A stretch of DNA of 63,223 bases, counting the filler, from Craspedostauros australis (taxonomy: Eukaryota): assembly GCA_030167865.1 (NCBI GenBank). It is 10 parts of 10 records of this genome, joined end to end, with 100 filler letters (N's around TTAATTAATTAA, not from the genome) between each part and the next. Parts side by side here need not be neighbours in the genome. Positions count along the whole stretch, not along the records: positions 1 to 26,060 come from JALAGF010001378.1; positions 26,161 to 36,432 come from JALAGF010001384.1; 8 more parts are not named here. One strand, written 5' to 3'. Shown here one piece after another: positions 22,250-32,969 of this stretch. Numbering within the stretch: position 1 is the first letter of the stretch; each line of letters opens with the position of its first letter. Made by a program: the position numbers and the translations under genes. The notes beneath the pieces were generated by a model, which was not told where the DNA came from, ran no database searches, and was given only the letters and a program-made list of their open reading frames with translations.

Positions 22250-23780
22250 GCCAGAAATCTCACCGAGGCCAAAACATGTTGAATTTTCCGATGTCCGTAC
22301 GTCGTACGGGCGTGAGCCAGATTGAGTGTTGGAAACTGTAGTCTGAGTTCTTATGTCTATTTGGTGTTGGGAATCTGATCCCTCTCTCTCTCTTGTTGTG
22401 GTGGTTGTTGGTTGCTTTGTGTTCTCAGCCTGTTGTTGTTGTCGATCGTCCATGATTGACGATTGCAGTTCATCGTGTTGTATTGGGGTGGTCATTTCTA
22501 TTGCTCCGTGATAACTCGTCTTGTCCTTCATTGCTAGTCCTCTTTCGGCTGCATCGCCCGGACATTCGACTGATCCGGCAATGCCTCTTCGATCTCTCTG
22601 TTCATCATGTCCATGACCAATGTTTAGGTACATAGCCTCCAAGTTGTGATTGTTGGCAAGTTCCGTGATTGGAAGCCTACGATCGTGGAAGACGGTGTTG
22701 TTGATAGTCGGTCTGTTTGCTATTTCATTACGTTGAGACTCCAATCCTCTCGGTGTCCATTCTCTTGCCTGATGCTCTCGGCACGTTTGTCTATCTTGTA
22801 GATTGAGTCTCCAACTATGAGTTGGTATGCGAGATGCTCTCTTGCCACTCTTTGTATTCTCTCGCTCTCTCAATATCGTGTACTAGTGCTACATGATATC
22901 TCATGTTCAATGCATGTTCCGTATTTGACACTCTGTTTGTTCCTTACTGGTTTCTACTCCATGAGTACTTACCACTTGAACTCCTCTTCATGTATCCATG
23001 ATCTCGATGCCCTTCAGTCATCAAATCTTTATCTTCTGCTTCTGACATGGAGACAGATGTCAATGTGGTGACATGATGACATCCTGTTGACGTCAGTAGG
23101 TGTCCTTCTGCTCTCCAGATGTCATGTTCCATCAATGAGCGATGGTCTGTCAGATGATATCGACATCTGGGGTTTAGTTGGGAGGTACATCGAGCTTCGC
23201 TCGATACCATACGTTTCCATTGATGGATGGATGGACGATATTCCTGATTTTCTCAGAAATCGTTGATTGCAAATTTCCTCCAGAATTTCTAATAGAGCCT
23301 AAACGTAATGGCTGTTGTCTTGTTGGCTGTTGATAGCTTTGGGCAGAGGCTTGATTGGCAAGCGGTCCGAACATGAGTCTTCTGTTCCACAAGTAGTCAA
23401 TTGAGAATACTGGTAGATGGTGAAGAAACGTGCAGATTATGAGATTAGTGCTATGGTTCTTCCCTGCAGGGAGGGTCTCTTGTGGTGTCCTGAGTGACAG
23501 TGTGTATGGGTTGCGTAGCCCAAGTACCGTGGGTCGAGATCCCTTGGCTGAGTTCCGTGAGAGACAAGGGGCGGTAATGTGCGTTGCTGAGGCACTGTTT
23601 CCATGTGTCAGCGTTTTGGCGATGATGGGTTTCAGTGACCTGGTTATCGGAACCCTTCTGGTTCCTTGAAATGGGTCCCAAAGATCTGCTTCAATGTTCT
23701 GGATCGGCCCCCAAACGTGGGGGCCGACGAGGTGTGTATTCGATCTACTGGACTGCTGACAGGTCAGATGGTTCGTAGTG
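22250..23780 (-). mobile_element. Degenerate non-LTR retrotransposon relic (RNase H-like remnants)
   Basis: Non-genic, stop-riddled block. Minus-strand remnants WYRAKLD (cf. SYRAEL), HLTDHRSL and KIKI**LKGHRD across a frameshift (cf. WVKGHQD), in RNase H order. Boundaries are approximate. Confidence 0.45.
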
Positions 23781-24221
23781 TCTCTATCTAAGGTAGGTAC
23801 TAGTTTAGCTCTACTGCGTTATGCCAACCGCTTCCAAAGCAACGTGAGCGTGAACCAAGATGACGATATCATTGCATGGCATGACGACGGCATGCTGACA
23901 GCAACAGTACTACAGCTATTACCAACAGTCAATACCACGCAGCTTCATTCGGATGCACTTGGTGCGTGGCACAGATTGCATCCGTAGGTTGGAGTGGATG
24001 GGTAGGCAAGAGCAAGGGTCTACTAGAACAGTATCGTACTCGAAGAGTATCCATACGAGTATTGTATTGCATCATGTTGTATTGCATTATATTGCATTGC
24101 GCCGAGTCCATGGTTACATAATATGGGGAAGGATGAGTCGACAATCCATGCTCATTCATTTTCTAATGCTACCTAATGCTGCTCAGACCAGACCCCTTGG
24201 AGTACTCTACTCTGTGCTTCC

Positions 24222-26060
24222 TCATACTTCCTCATCTCGCAATCCATCAGATATTGACTGTGATCTCTTCGTGTCTGGTGCTTGCATGTCGTTAACCATC
24301 TTCCATGGGGCGTGCTCCACCAGGGCGGCGCCCTTCGTTGCTGAGCCCTTCCTCATCAGCGCAAACGACATCTGGTGCATCAGACCATCGATGTAGGATG
24401 GTCCCAAGGACAGCGTGGAAAACACACCGAAATGACCGCAGACGATGGAGTCATCGATCACTGTCCGATCAGCAAATGTGAGCAGCGGAGCGTCATAGAT
24501 GCGGGATCCAAAGTACAACATCTTTCCCTGGATGGTCGCCCCTCGGAATCGCAACGCAGCGTTCATCATCGGTGTGCCCCAAACAACTGCCTCGAAGGAC
24601 CACGACTGAAAGAAATGGCTGTAGGACAAGTAGACCATATACAATGAAATCGACCATGGTCCTCCGCGTTCAACGCCTCCCAAGAGAGTGATGGTGACGA
24701 TTACTCGATAGAGAACGAGCCAGATGAGGGTCTGGATGATGGTGGATGCCGCAATGGCAACCGGAATCAGCGCCATTGTCGTGTCTGGCTTGAGTATGAT
24801 CGCCAACAGCTCATATGATGGGATGAGGCTGGCCGCCACTGCCGCAAGGATGATGATATGCAGCAGGGTGTTGTTGATCATGATCATGAAGAACTGGGAT
24901 GCGGAGAGAGGCACGTTGTTTGGATGATGCTCGGTGTTGATCATATCGCTGGTGACGTGGGCGCCAGGAGTCACCATGGCTCTGCGGATGGTCACACCAG
25001 GGCCGCATGCCAGCGTCATGCCGACGGTGCTGTCTTCGATGGTGATCGCCTTGTATTGGCCATCTTCTTCGACATCGAGGTCACAAAAGGAGATGAAGGA
25101 TCGCTTGACCGTGACGAGGTCCAGCTTGGATGGGGGGAACAGGATTGTCACCGCCCTCGATCTCATATCGATGTCCATGCCGTGTGCCATGAGGACGAGG
25201 TTCCAAAGTTGGGAGTACAATGTCAAGTCGAGCATCAGTGTTGTCCCGACGAAGAAGTGGAAGTCACAAGCCCAGTCAGCAAACTTGGAGAATGTTCCTG
25301 TCCGCGCTGGACCGGATCGCTTCTTGCCGATTAGCACCCACTTGAGGATGATGCTGGTGATCACGAAGCAGACGGACGTGAGGCCAAAGAAGACGATCCA
25401 GTAGACGATGGGGGAGTACCTCCAATCTGCAAGCCCATCTCCGACCAACTGATCAGCAGCCACGAAGCATGCGAAGGCGAAGTACAGCTCGATGGCGAGC
25501 CAAACAAGCTTCATCGTTCCCAGCACGATCGATGGGCTGGTGGATTTGTCGGATGCCGTGTCCCCACTCGCTGTTCCAGTTGCGGATGCATCGTCATCGC
25601 CCTTGAGAGTCGACGAAGGAGCATCGACAAATGCTGGGTTGCCTCTGATCGAGGTGTTTGGTGGTGCTTGAGCACCTTCCACGAGCACGGACATGCGCTG
25701 GACCTGGCAGCCAGAGCCGACGCTGGTTCCAGCAAGCAAGGCGCCATTGACCGTAGCGTTGGATCCAACCTGAGTCTTGCGAAACCTCACGCTGGGGCCT
25801 TCCTGCTCATCCTTCCACGGGCCNAACATGCGGCATCGGATGTGCGTGTTGACCGTGGCGCCAGCACCAACCTTGACCAGGTCAAACTCCCGGACGGTCC
25901 CGTTCACGCTGGCCGAGCGATGGATGTTGGCACCCATCAGGTAGTAGAACAGCGTCATCAAAGGCGTGTTGCCGATGATGCGGCCGACGAAGCGCTCCCA
26001 GATATCGACCAACCGATCGACGAACCACCACCTGATGAAATAGATGTTGGTCTGATTGGC
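24222..26060 (-). CDS. Epsilon-poly-L-lysine synthetase (Pls)-like NRPS, C-terminal membrane/acyltransferase-like region; 5' part lies in an assembly gap
   Basis: Frame open from the gap edge at 26060: IYFIRWWFVDRL...GNTPLMTLFYYLMGANI...DLVKVG + hexapeptide repeats...RGNPA; then TM pair ending ILKWVLIGK; second module (LWNLVLMAHGMDI...LDLVTV); TM pair; third module (WGTPMMNAALRFRGATIQG...LLTFADRTVI). Confidence 0.8.
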   Translation of the reverse strand, partial: ANQTNIYFIRWWFVDRLVDIWERFVGRIIGNTPLMTLFYYLMGANIHRSASVNGTVREFDLVKVGAGATVNTHIRCRMXGPWKDEQEGPSVRFRKTQVGSNATVNGALLAGTSVGSGCQVQRMSVLVEGAQAPPNTSIRGNPAFVDAPSSTLKGDDDASATGTASGDTASDKSTSPSIVLGTMKLVWLAIELYFAFACFVAADQLVGDGLADWRYSPIVYWIVFFGLTSVCFVITSIILKWVLIGKKRSGPARTGTFSKFADWACDFHFFVGTTLMLDLTLYSQLWNLVLMAHGMDIDMRSRAVTILFPPSKLDLVTVKRSFISFCDLDVEEDGQYKAITIEDSTVGMTLACGPGVTIRRAMVTPGAHVTSDMINTEHHPNNVPLSASQFFMIMINNTLLHIIILAAVAASLIPSYELLAIILKPDTTMALIPVAIAASTIIQTLIWLVLYRVIVTITLLGGVERGGPWSISLYMVYLSYSHFFQSWSFEAVVWGTPMMNAALRFRGATIQGKMLYFGSRIYDAPLLTFADRTVIDDSIVCGHFGVFSTLSLGPSYIDGLMHQMSFALMRKGSATKGAALVEHAPWKMVNDMQAPDTKRSQSISDGLRDEEV

Positions 26061-26294
26061 NNNNNNNNNNNNNNNNNNNNNNNNNNNNNNNNNNNNNNNN
26101 NNNNTTAATTAATTAANNNNNNNNNNNNNNNNNNNNNNNNNNNNNNNNNNNNNNNNNNNNTGAGACTGGTCAACGTGGAGTGTTGTTGGCTGTCCTGGCA
26201 TGGCAAATTTTGTTGTTGCCGCGCGCAGTCATCATCGTGTCTTGTGGAGGAGGAGTCACACGATGTCTCTTCCTCTGTTGTGACTCGTTTTTCA

Positions 26295-26475
26295 TGACGT
26301 GGAATCCGTTCCATGTGACGTAGAAGACGGATCAGCGAGAGTAAACACGAAATAGCTCTAAATATCCAATCGCCGTTTCTCCCAAAAGCAAGCAAACCAG
26401 TGGCAACAAGGGGCCAAAACTCCACAACTAGTGATATCGCGACACCGTTTTACATTGAGTGCAGCTAGTACGTCA
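26295..26475. promoter_or_regulatory. Three CRE/CCRE-like motifs upstream of the beta-CA
   Basis: TGACGT 26295-26300, TGACGT 26316-26321, ACGTCA 26470-26475. These are the same hexamers as the CO2/cAMP-responsive elements of the P. tricornutum ptca1 promoter. Confidence 0.4.
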
Positions 26476-26752
26476 GCGTGCTGGGAACAACAAGATCCGT
26501 TGCGTGAGAGACATCTCTGTGCGTCCTCTGACATTGATGTTCGGTTGTTTTGTTGTGCGAAACGCTTCGGCTCCCACGAAGCCGGCACACCGCATCAACA
26601 CCTTGTCTCTTCAGGATCTCCTCTTGACACCCTCCGTTGCCATCAACATCATCAGCATCAAGAACCGCATCAACATCTCCACCAGCGATGTTGTGATCAA
26701 CTTCGCAAGCCACCAACCGTCCAACAAAGGAAGAAAAAAGAACAAGAGAATC

Positions 26753-27800
26753 ATGATGAAGATCTCCGTCGCCCTCGCTTTCCTCGCTGCCCTGCAGTCA
26801 GCCGCCGCCTTCGTCGGCGTCGCGCCAACCACCAAGGCATCCACGAGCGCCCTGTCGGCTGCCAACCTGCCACCACCCTCCGCTGACAAATCCAAGCTCC
26901 AGGAAATCTTCTACCAGAACCAGGCCTGGAAGGCGTCCAAGATCTCCGAGGATCCCGCCTTCTTCCAAAGGCTCGGATCCACCCACTCTCCGGAATTCAT
27001 GTGGATCGGAAGCGCCGATGCTCGCGTCCCACCGAACGTCATCATCGGCGAGGATGCCGGAAACGTCTTCGTGCACCGCAATATCGCCAACATGGTCGTC
27101 AATACCGACACCAACCTCATGAGCGCCTTGCAGTACGGAGTCAACTACCTCAAGGTCAAGCACATCATCGTCTGCGGCAACTACGAGTGCGAAGGTGTCC
27201 GCGCCGCTGAGGCTGCCAAAGACTTTGTCGCTCCACTCGAGCTGTGGCTGCGAAACGTTCGTGATGTGTGAGTTCTATTTCTGCGTTGCGTTGCGATGTC
27301 TGTTGCGGTTGCCGTCGCGGTTGCTGTTGTATTACTGTATTCGCTGCATTCATGGGTACGACTGGCGCCATCAGCCTTCTCACCGTCATACAAACGCTCG
27401 TCCCAGTTGCTACCACGCCACGCTCACAACATCAACGTGTGACGAACAACGAATACTGTACTCGTCAAACAATCCACCCACACATACTAACACCCATACA
27501 TACCATCACAACAGCTACGCCAAGCACCGCGAGGAGCTCGACGCCATCGAGGACGCCGATGCCCGCCACCGCCGATTAGTCGACCTCAACGTCATCCAGC
27601 AGTGCGTCAACGTCCTCAAGACCGGCGCCGTCCAGAGACGACGCGCTGCGACTTGGGCCGAGGGTGAGCCATACACCGCACCGCTCGTCCACGCCGTCGT
27701 CTTCGATCCAAAGACCGGCGATCTCAGGCGTCTTGACATTGACTTTGAAGAGTACAGAGACGAGCTCAGCAACGTGTACGGCCTTTACTTGGTCGATTAG
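26753..27800 (+). CDS. Plastid beta-carbonic anhydrase-like protein (PtCA1/2-like) with substituted Zn ligands; 2 exons
   Basis: Exon 1 26753-27267, intron 27268-27514 (GTGAGT...ACAG), exon 2 27515-27800; 266 aa. Presequence SAAA-FVG. Motifs WIGSADARVP, FVHRNIAN, IIVCGNYECEG, VRDV|YAKHREEL, LVDLNVIQQ. Confidence 0.9.
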
Positions 27801-28778
27801 AGTAGACCTTTGCATTGCGAGAACGAGCGATGTGATAGGCGAAACCAGGCGGTGTTAAAGTCGTCGATGCCTCAGCCACTTGATTGACTGACTGGCTCCA
27901 GTGCAGCACACACAAATGCAGGTGGCATCTCCCAACATGTGGAACACCGTCCTCTGTTGTTCACATCATGGAGAGAAGGTTTGACCGTGCAATCTTGACA
28001 GCTGACTACGAGAACTGAATGTTGGAAGACGATGACAATGACTTCCCATTGAGGGCGCCTGCAACATCAACGCAGTTCGTGATGATCGTTTTGCGCCAGG
28101 AAAGGACTCAGAGTGCAACATGACGGGTGATCACTAATTGCGAGAGTAGCGGGGGTAGATGGGAGGACTCTGGATTATGTACTCTCCACAGCGCCTCGCA
28201 TCCTCCACCATGGCCATATCTCATCTGTCTCTCTTCTTCACGTCGATTGGATGATTGTGAGCGCGTTTCCAGTCACCCAAATGAACCCATCTTTCTCTCT
28301 AGTGGGATGCAGTATGTTAGACTACGTCTGGCATACGTGCGTGAAATGACAAAGAAAATCTGTTTGTCGTTTGTGACATCGACACGTCATTGTTCCATTC
28401 GTTTGGCATGTAGTCGAATGGCTCGAGGACAATTCATGACTCATATCCACATCGACTCCCGCTTACTTTTGGCGCGCAAGCTCGATGACATTCCCGCATC
28501 GCTCATTTCTTCGCCTTCGCAGAAAATCGCCATTCGGTTGATCGGGAAAAACAACGCAACACGAAAAACCGACGAACGTGCAAACGCACACGCGTCGTGC
28601 TCATGTTTGTTGTCCATGAGAACATTGGCGTTCCTCACAAGGAACGTGAACAATCATCTATCGGGAAATCAATCCACGCAGCAGCATTGATGCATGCCAT
28701 TGGGCGAAGACTGATTCATCCATACAGCATAACACAGATCAGACAACAACCACCCTGCTTGTGACGAGCACTCACACC

Positions 28779-31700
28779 ATGGCGACGGTTGATGACATGC
28801 AGATGGTGGATCATCATCAACAACAACAGCATCATCATGCACAGCACCAGAAGCAACTGTCGTTGCAAACAGACCACGTCAACGAAGCAGCAGTAGCATC
28901 AGGGGCAGCAGGGGCACCAGCAATCACAACAACACCTGAAGATGCATCTTACATCAACCACGAATTCACACTATCGTTGCAGCGAATGGCACGCAGCAGC
29001 ACCACCGATGCAGATGCACCACCGCAACATCTGAAGCTGGACCGATCCCAATTGCAAATGATCTCATTCGCGTCCGAAGACGATGCATCTAAGAAATGGC
29101 ATTGCGGTGTGGAGTTCCACTCGCAGGAGCAATTCCTGGTCTTTGTGGAGCATCTGTCCGCGGCGTTGAACATGTCGGCATCGTACTTACTGGATCAGTT
29201 CGTGATGGAGTTCATGGCGCATCAGCAGAAGCAGATGATTGAGGTTGAAGAGTCCGCCGCTGATGACGACGATCGTGAGATGCAGGATGCTGCGCAATCA
29301 CAACAAGACTGCGAAGCACAGCACAGCTCTCTGCGCTTTGTGTACTTTATCTTTGACGCAGGCTTGCCGGATGGACGGAGATTCCTCTTCAAGCCTGCCG
29401 CGATTGACAAAGGAGCATCGCATGTGTCGCAGGCATCGCCGAATTATGAAGTCGTGACCTCGGGTGACAATCGCTTCATCCGGAGTTTCATGAAGAACCT
29501 CAATCAAGTGCCATTTCATCAACGCAGGACGGTCATTGGGCCAATCCTCAAACTGTTCCAAGCATCTGGCGTCATGGGAATGCAGAAGAACAGCAGCAGC
29601 AGCAGCAGTAGGAGAGAACATGGCCCAATCAACACGACTGGTCCAGCGCAGCCCCCGCCCAAGATTGCCAATACAATCACCGGACCTGCACAACGAGACA
29701 CACTGCCAACAATCTGTGCCCCACCGAAAGACACGGCCACCCCAATGCCAACGCCAACACCAACGCAGCTGGGCACAGACACTCAAGGTGCCACATCCAC
29801 CGCGTCGCTTCAACGTAAGCGATCCTTGCAGCAGACGAGTGATACGAGCACGACTGTGAGCCACAGCGAGACCATCACGCCACCGCAAAAGCAACGCCAG
29901 GACTCTTCTGGCGCGGATGCCGATGATGGGCGATCGCACGTCACGCAATCATCGTCGATGGTTGCATCGAAGCGTAGGAAGATCATATCCGTGATAGCAC
30001 AGTCAAACGCGAATCAGAAACAACCAGAGAAGACCAACGCTGATACCAAGCCAGGCAGCACCAAGGGACGCAAGCTATTTTCCAAATCAGCATCAAAGAA
30101 GAAACTTTCGAAGCATTCAGCCGGAAGAGCCACGGGCAAATCGAAGAACCCTAGGCCCAGCCTGACAACGATTGATGAACAATCAACAGCATCAGCAGAA
30201 GGAACAGCAGCAACGTCATCCTCTTCGCAAAGTGATCGCAAGCTAGACGTCGCGTTGACGAAAGGAAACGACAGCTGCAGCAAGACTGGTGATAGCATTG
30301 GCAGCAACACCACATCGTCCAAGACAGAGGCATCCGAACAAAGCACAAGTGCCCAAACTTGCCACAAGTCACCACCAGTAGCCAGCAAACCACAAGTAAA
30401 GGCGAAGGCAAAGACAAAGGCAGCCACGAAGGTCGACACACCAGCAAGCTTATCGACGGACGCAGACAGCAAGACGAGCGCGGACAGCAAATCAAATCGA
30501 TTTCTTCTGGCAAGCAATCCTCGTGATGAAGTCGTGCGCAAATTCTCCGCACGCACGCTATTCCATGAGCCATCCACCACCGCTGCGGTAGACGCGAAGT
30601 CAAAGGCTGAACCGCACCGCTCGTCCACAATTCTGCCGCAATCGCCGCAAGCGGGTAACTTCTTGGATTTCATGGAGGGCTTCTCCAGTGTCTGCACGTC
30701 GTCTTCGTCGTTCGATTCCAACTCCGCTTCGGATGACTCCAATACTATGGAAGATACCACACAACAAGTCGATGCTGTTGTGCAGCAACCGGCAACCACG
30801 ACCAGCACTCTGGAAAGCACTCCTTCGGAACACCCGGATGCGCCATCTACGACAGGGACAAAGACAAGCACCCCAGAGGCAGAATCAGACGCAGAATCTG
30901 AAGCAGCATCAGAAGGAACAGCCAGCGTCGATGGAACTTCTGCTCCTGATCTTGATCTTGCTCCGTCTCATCGGGACATGATGATGCTGTCGCCGATCTT
31001 CAAAAGAGGTCGCAAACATCAACCCAAGATCGACCTCTTTGTTGATCAGCCGAACATGAGCCTGCGGGAAAAGCTCACGCGATGCTTGGAGGCACTGACT
31101 ATTTCGTACAGAGCGGAGCATTTGGACATTGGCAACGATAGTTCCAAAGTGTCGCAGCGACTCAACACCATCTGCCGGGCCCTCGAAAACATGTTTGTCC
31201 GAGCGAGCGTGGAAAGCTTGGGTGCACTTCATGTCTGCGGCGTGCCAGGTTCGGGCAAGACCATGGGAATTCGTTGGTGCTGTCACCAGGCCAAGGAATG
31301 GGCTCGTCAAGAAATCCAAAAGGCCAAAAACGAATGGCTGGGTGAGAGTAGCAGTGACGAAGACGAGTCGATCATGAACCCGTGGGACGCCGTGCCGTCG
31401 ATTTGCCACTTCAGCGCCGCCTCCGTGCAAGGCATCGCATACAGAGAAGCATGGGATCAGCTCAGCGATGCCATGTCGCATGCCATGGGCGAGCGCTTCC
31501 AAAGGAAAGCGATTGAGATCACGGGGAAGGGATCCAAATGCTGCATCGTCCTCGTGCTAGATGAGATCGATCTGTTGGTGGGCACTCCGTTGGAACCAAT
31601 GTTGAAGAGGCTGCTGGAATGGTCGACCGATCCGTTGATTGCGTTTGGGTTGATTGGCATCTCCAACTCCATCGAAAACGCCACTGCCGTCCGTTTGCAT

Positions 31701-32612
31701 TCTCTTGGCAAGGTGAGCCGACTCTTCTCGTGCATACGGGTATCATGCATCGCACCCGTGCCAATATCTGTACTCTACAATGCAATGCCTTGATTGGCTC
31801 ACTTCCAACTCGCACTTCCACAAACACAAACACTCCTGACAATTGCATTATTCCTTCTCCATTTCATCTCTTTCCATCATTCACCCTCAAAACTGTCCCT
31901 TCTCGTCTGCCCTTGTTGAACTCGAACAACGCAGTTTCAAATGAAATTGGCGTTCGAGACGTACGACCGTCAAGATCTCATTCAGCTGGTGCAACGCCGC
32001 ATCGGCGTTACCATCATGGACGAAAAGGCGTTGCAATTGCTGGCATCCACCGTGTCCACCACCACCGCCGATGCCAGACAAATGCTGGAATTCGTGCGAC
32101 GTTCCATCGACATCTGCCGCTCCAGTTTGGACGCTGCGACCCTGGACAGCACCGCTCCTGTCACCATGCCGATCATCAACATCAAGCACGCCCTGTTGGC
32201 CCGCAAGGCCTTGGCGCAGACATCGCACAAGGACCAAATCCAAAAGCTCCCCGATTCGCTCAAGAGCATGCTGTGCGTCATCACGGTTCTGCATCATGAG
32301 ATGAAGTCTCGCGAGTTGCCGATCCGCGACGTTCTGAGAGCCTGCAACGTGGCCATGGATGCGACGCGTGCGAGTATGGCATCGGACGAGGAATTGCGTG
32401 CCGGGATCCATCAGCTGGTGGATGCGGGATTGCTGCAGAAGCGCAAGCTGTCATGGCGATTGGTGACGCAGGAGGCCGGCGGCGAGGTGAACGACTTCGC
32501 TCTCGATGTTCTGGAGGATGTGGGACGCGTTACCGAACAGGTCCTCCTGAAGTCTGGGCTGTACAATGGCATCGTCGATCGAGTTTGCGCACATTTGGGG
32601 TTGAGCGGTTGA
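28779..32612 (+). CDS. CDC6: Cdc6/Orc1-family AAA+ replication initiator with long low-complexity N-terminus; 2 exons
   Basis: Exon 1 28779-31712, intron 31713-31934, exon 2 31935-32612. Walker A CGVPGSGKT, Walker B VLVLDEID, sensor IGISN, F..Y...L, DARQML, C-terminal winged-helix-like region. Confidence 0.8.
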
Positions 32613-32969
32613 ATGGACAAATCACAAAGGAGTCGTACCATATGTCGAATTGAATAGGAATCACATGTTCGAATCAAAACTGCCGGATGCGGTCACTATT
32701 ATTGTCATGCAACGCGTTGCTTGTGTTTCGCCAATGCATCAAACACGTCGATTGCCACGTGCCGTTGTGATTGCTGGAATCGATCAATGTGAGAAGAATA
32801 GTAGAGAATCATTTGTTGGAACATGAAGAGTACTCGTCTCCTTTGTCTCATTCCATGCCATCATCCCATGCCATGTTATTCCATTCCATGATATGGCCCC
32901 GCGGCACTTCTGTTGCGTTGCACAAGATTCAAGATTTCTCGCTCCCACACGCGCATCCCAGCCAAACAT

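Noticed and set aside
22199..22873. 224-aa ORF as a host gene
   Set aside because: Lies within the degenerate retroelement-like block and has no coherent domain.
26061..26160. Recurring N..TTAATTAATTAA..N motif (also at ~36477, 47435, 49734, 51096, 52344, 53749, 57523, 61643)
   Set aside because: Artificial scaffold spacer with stops in all frames; not biological. True gap sizes are unknown.
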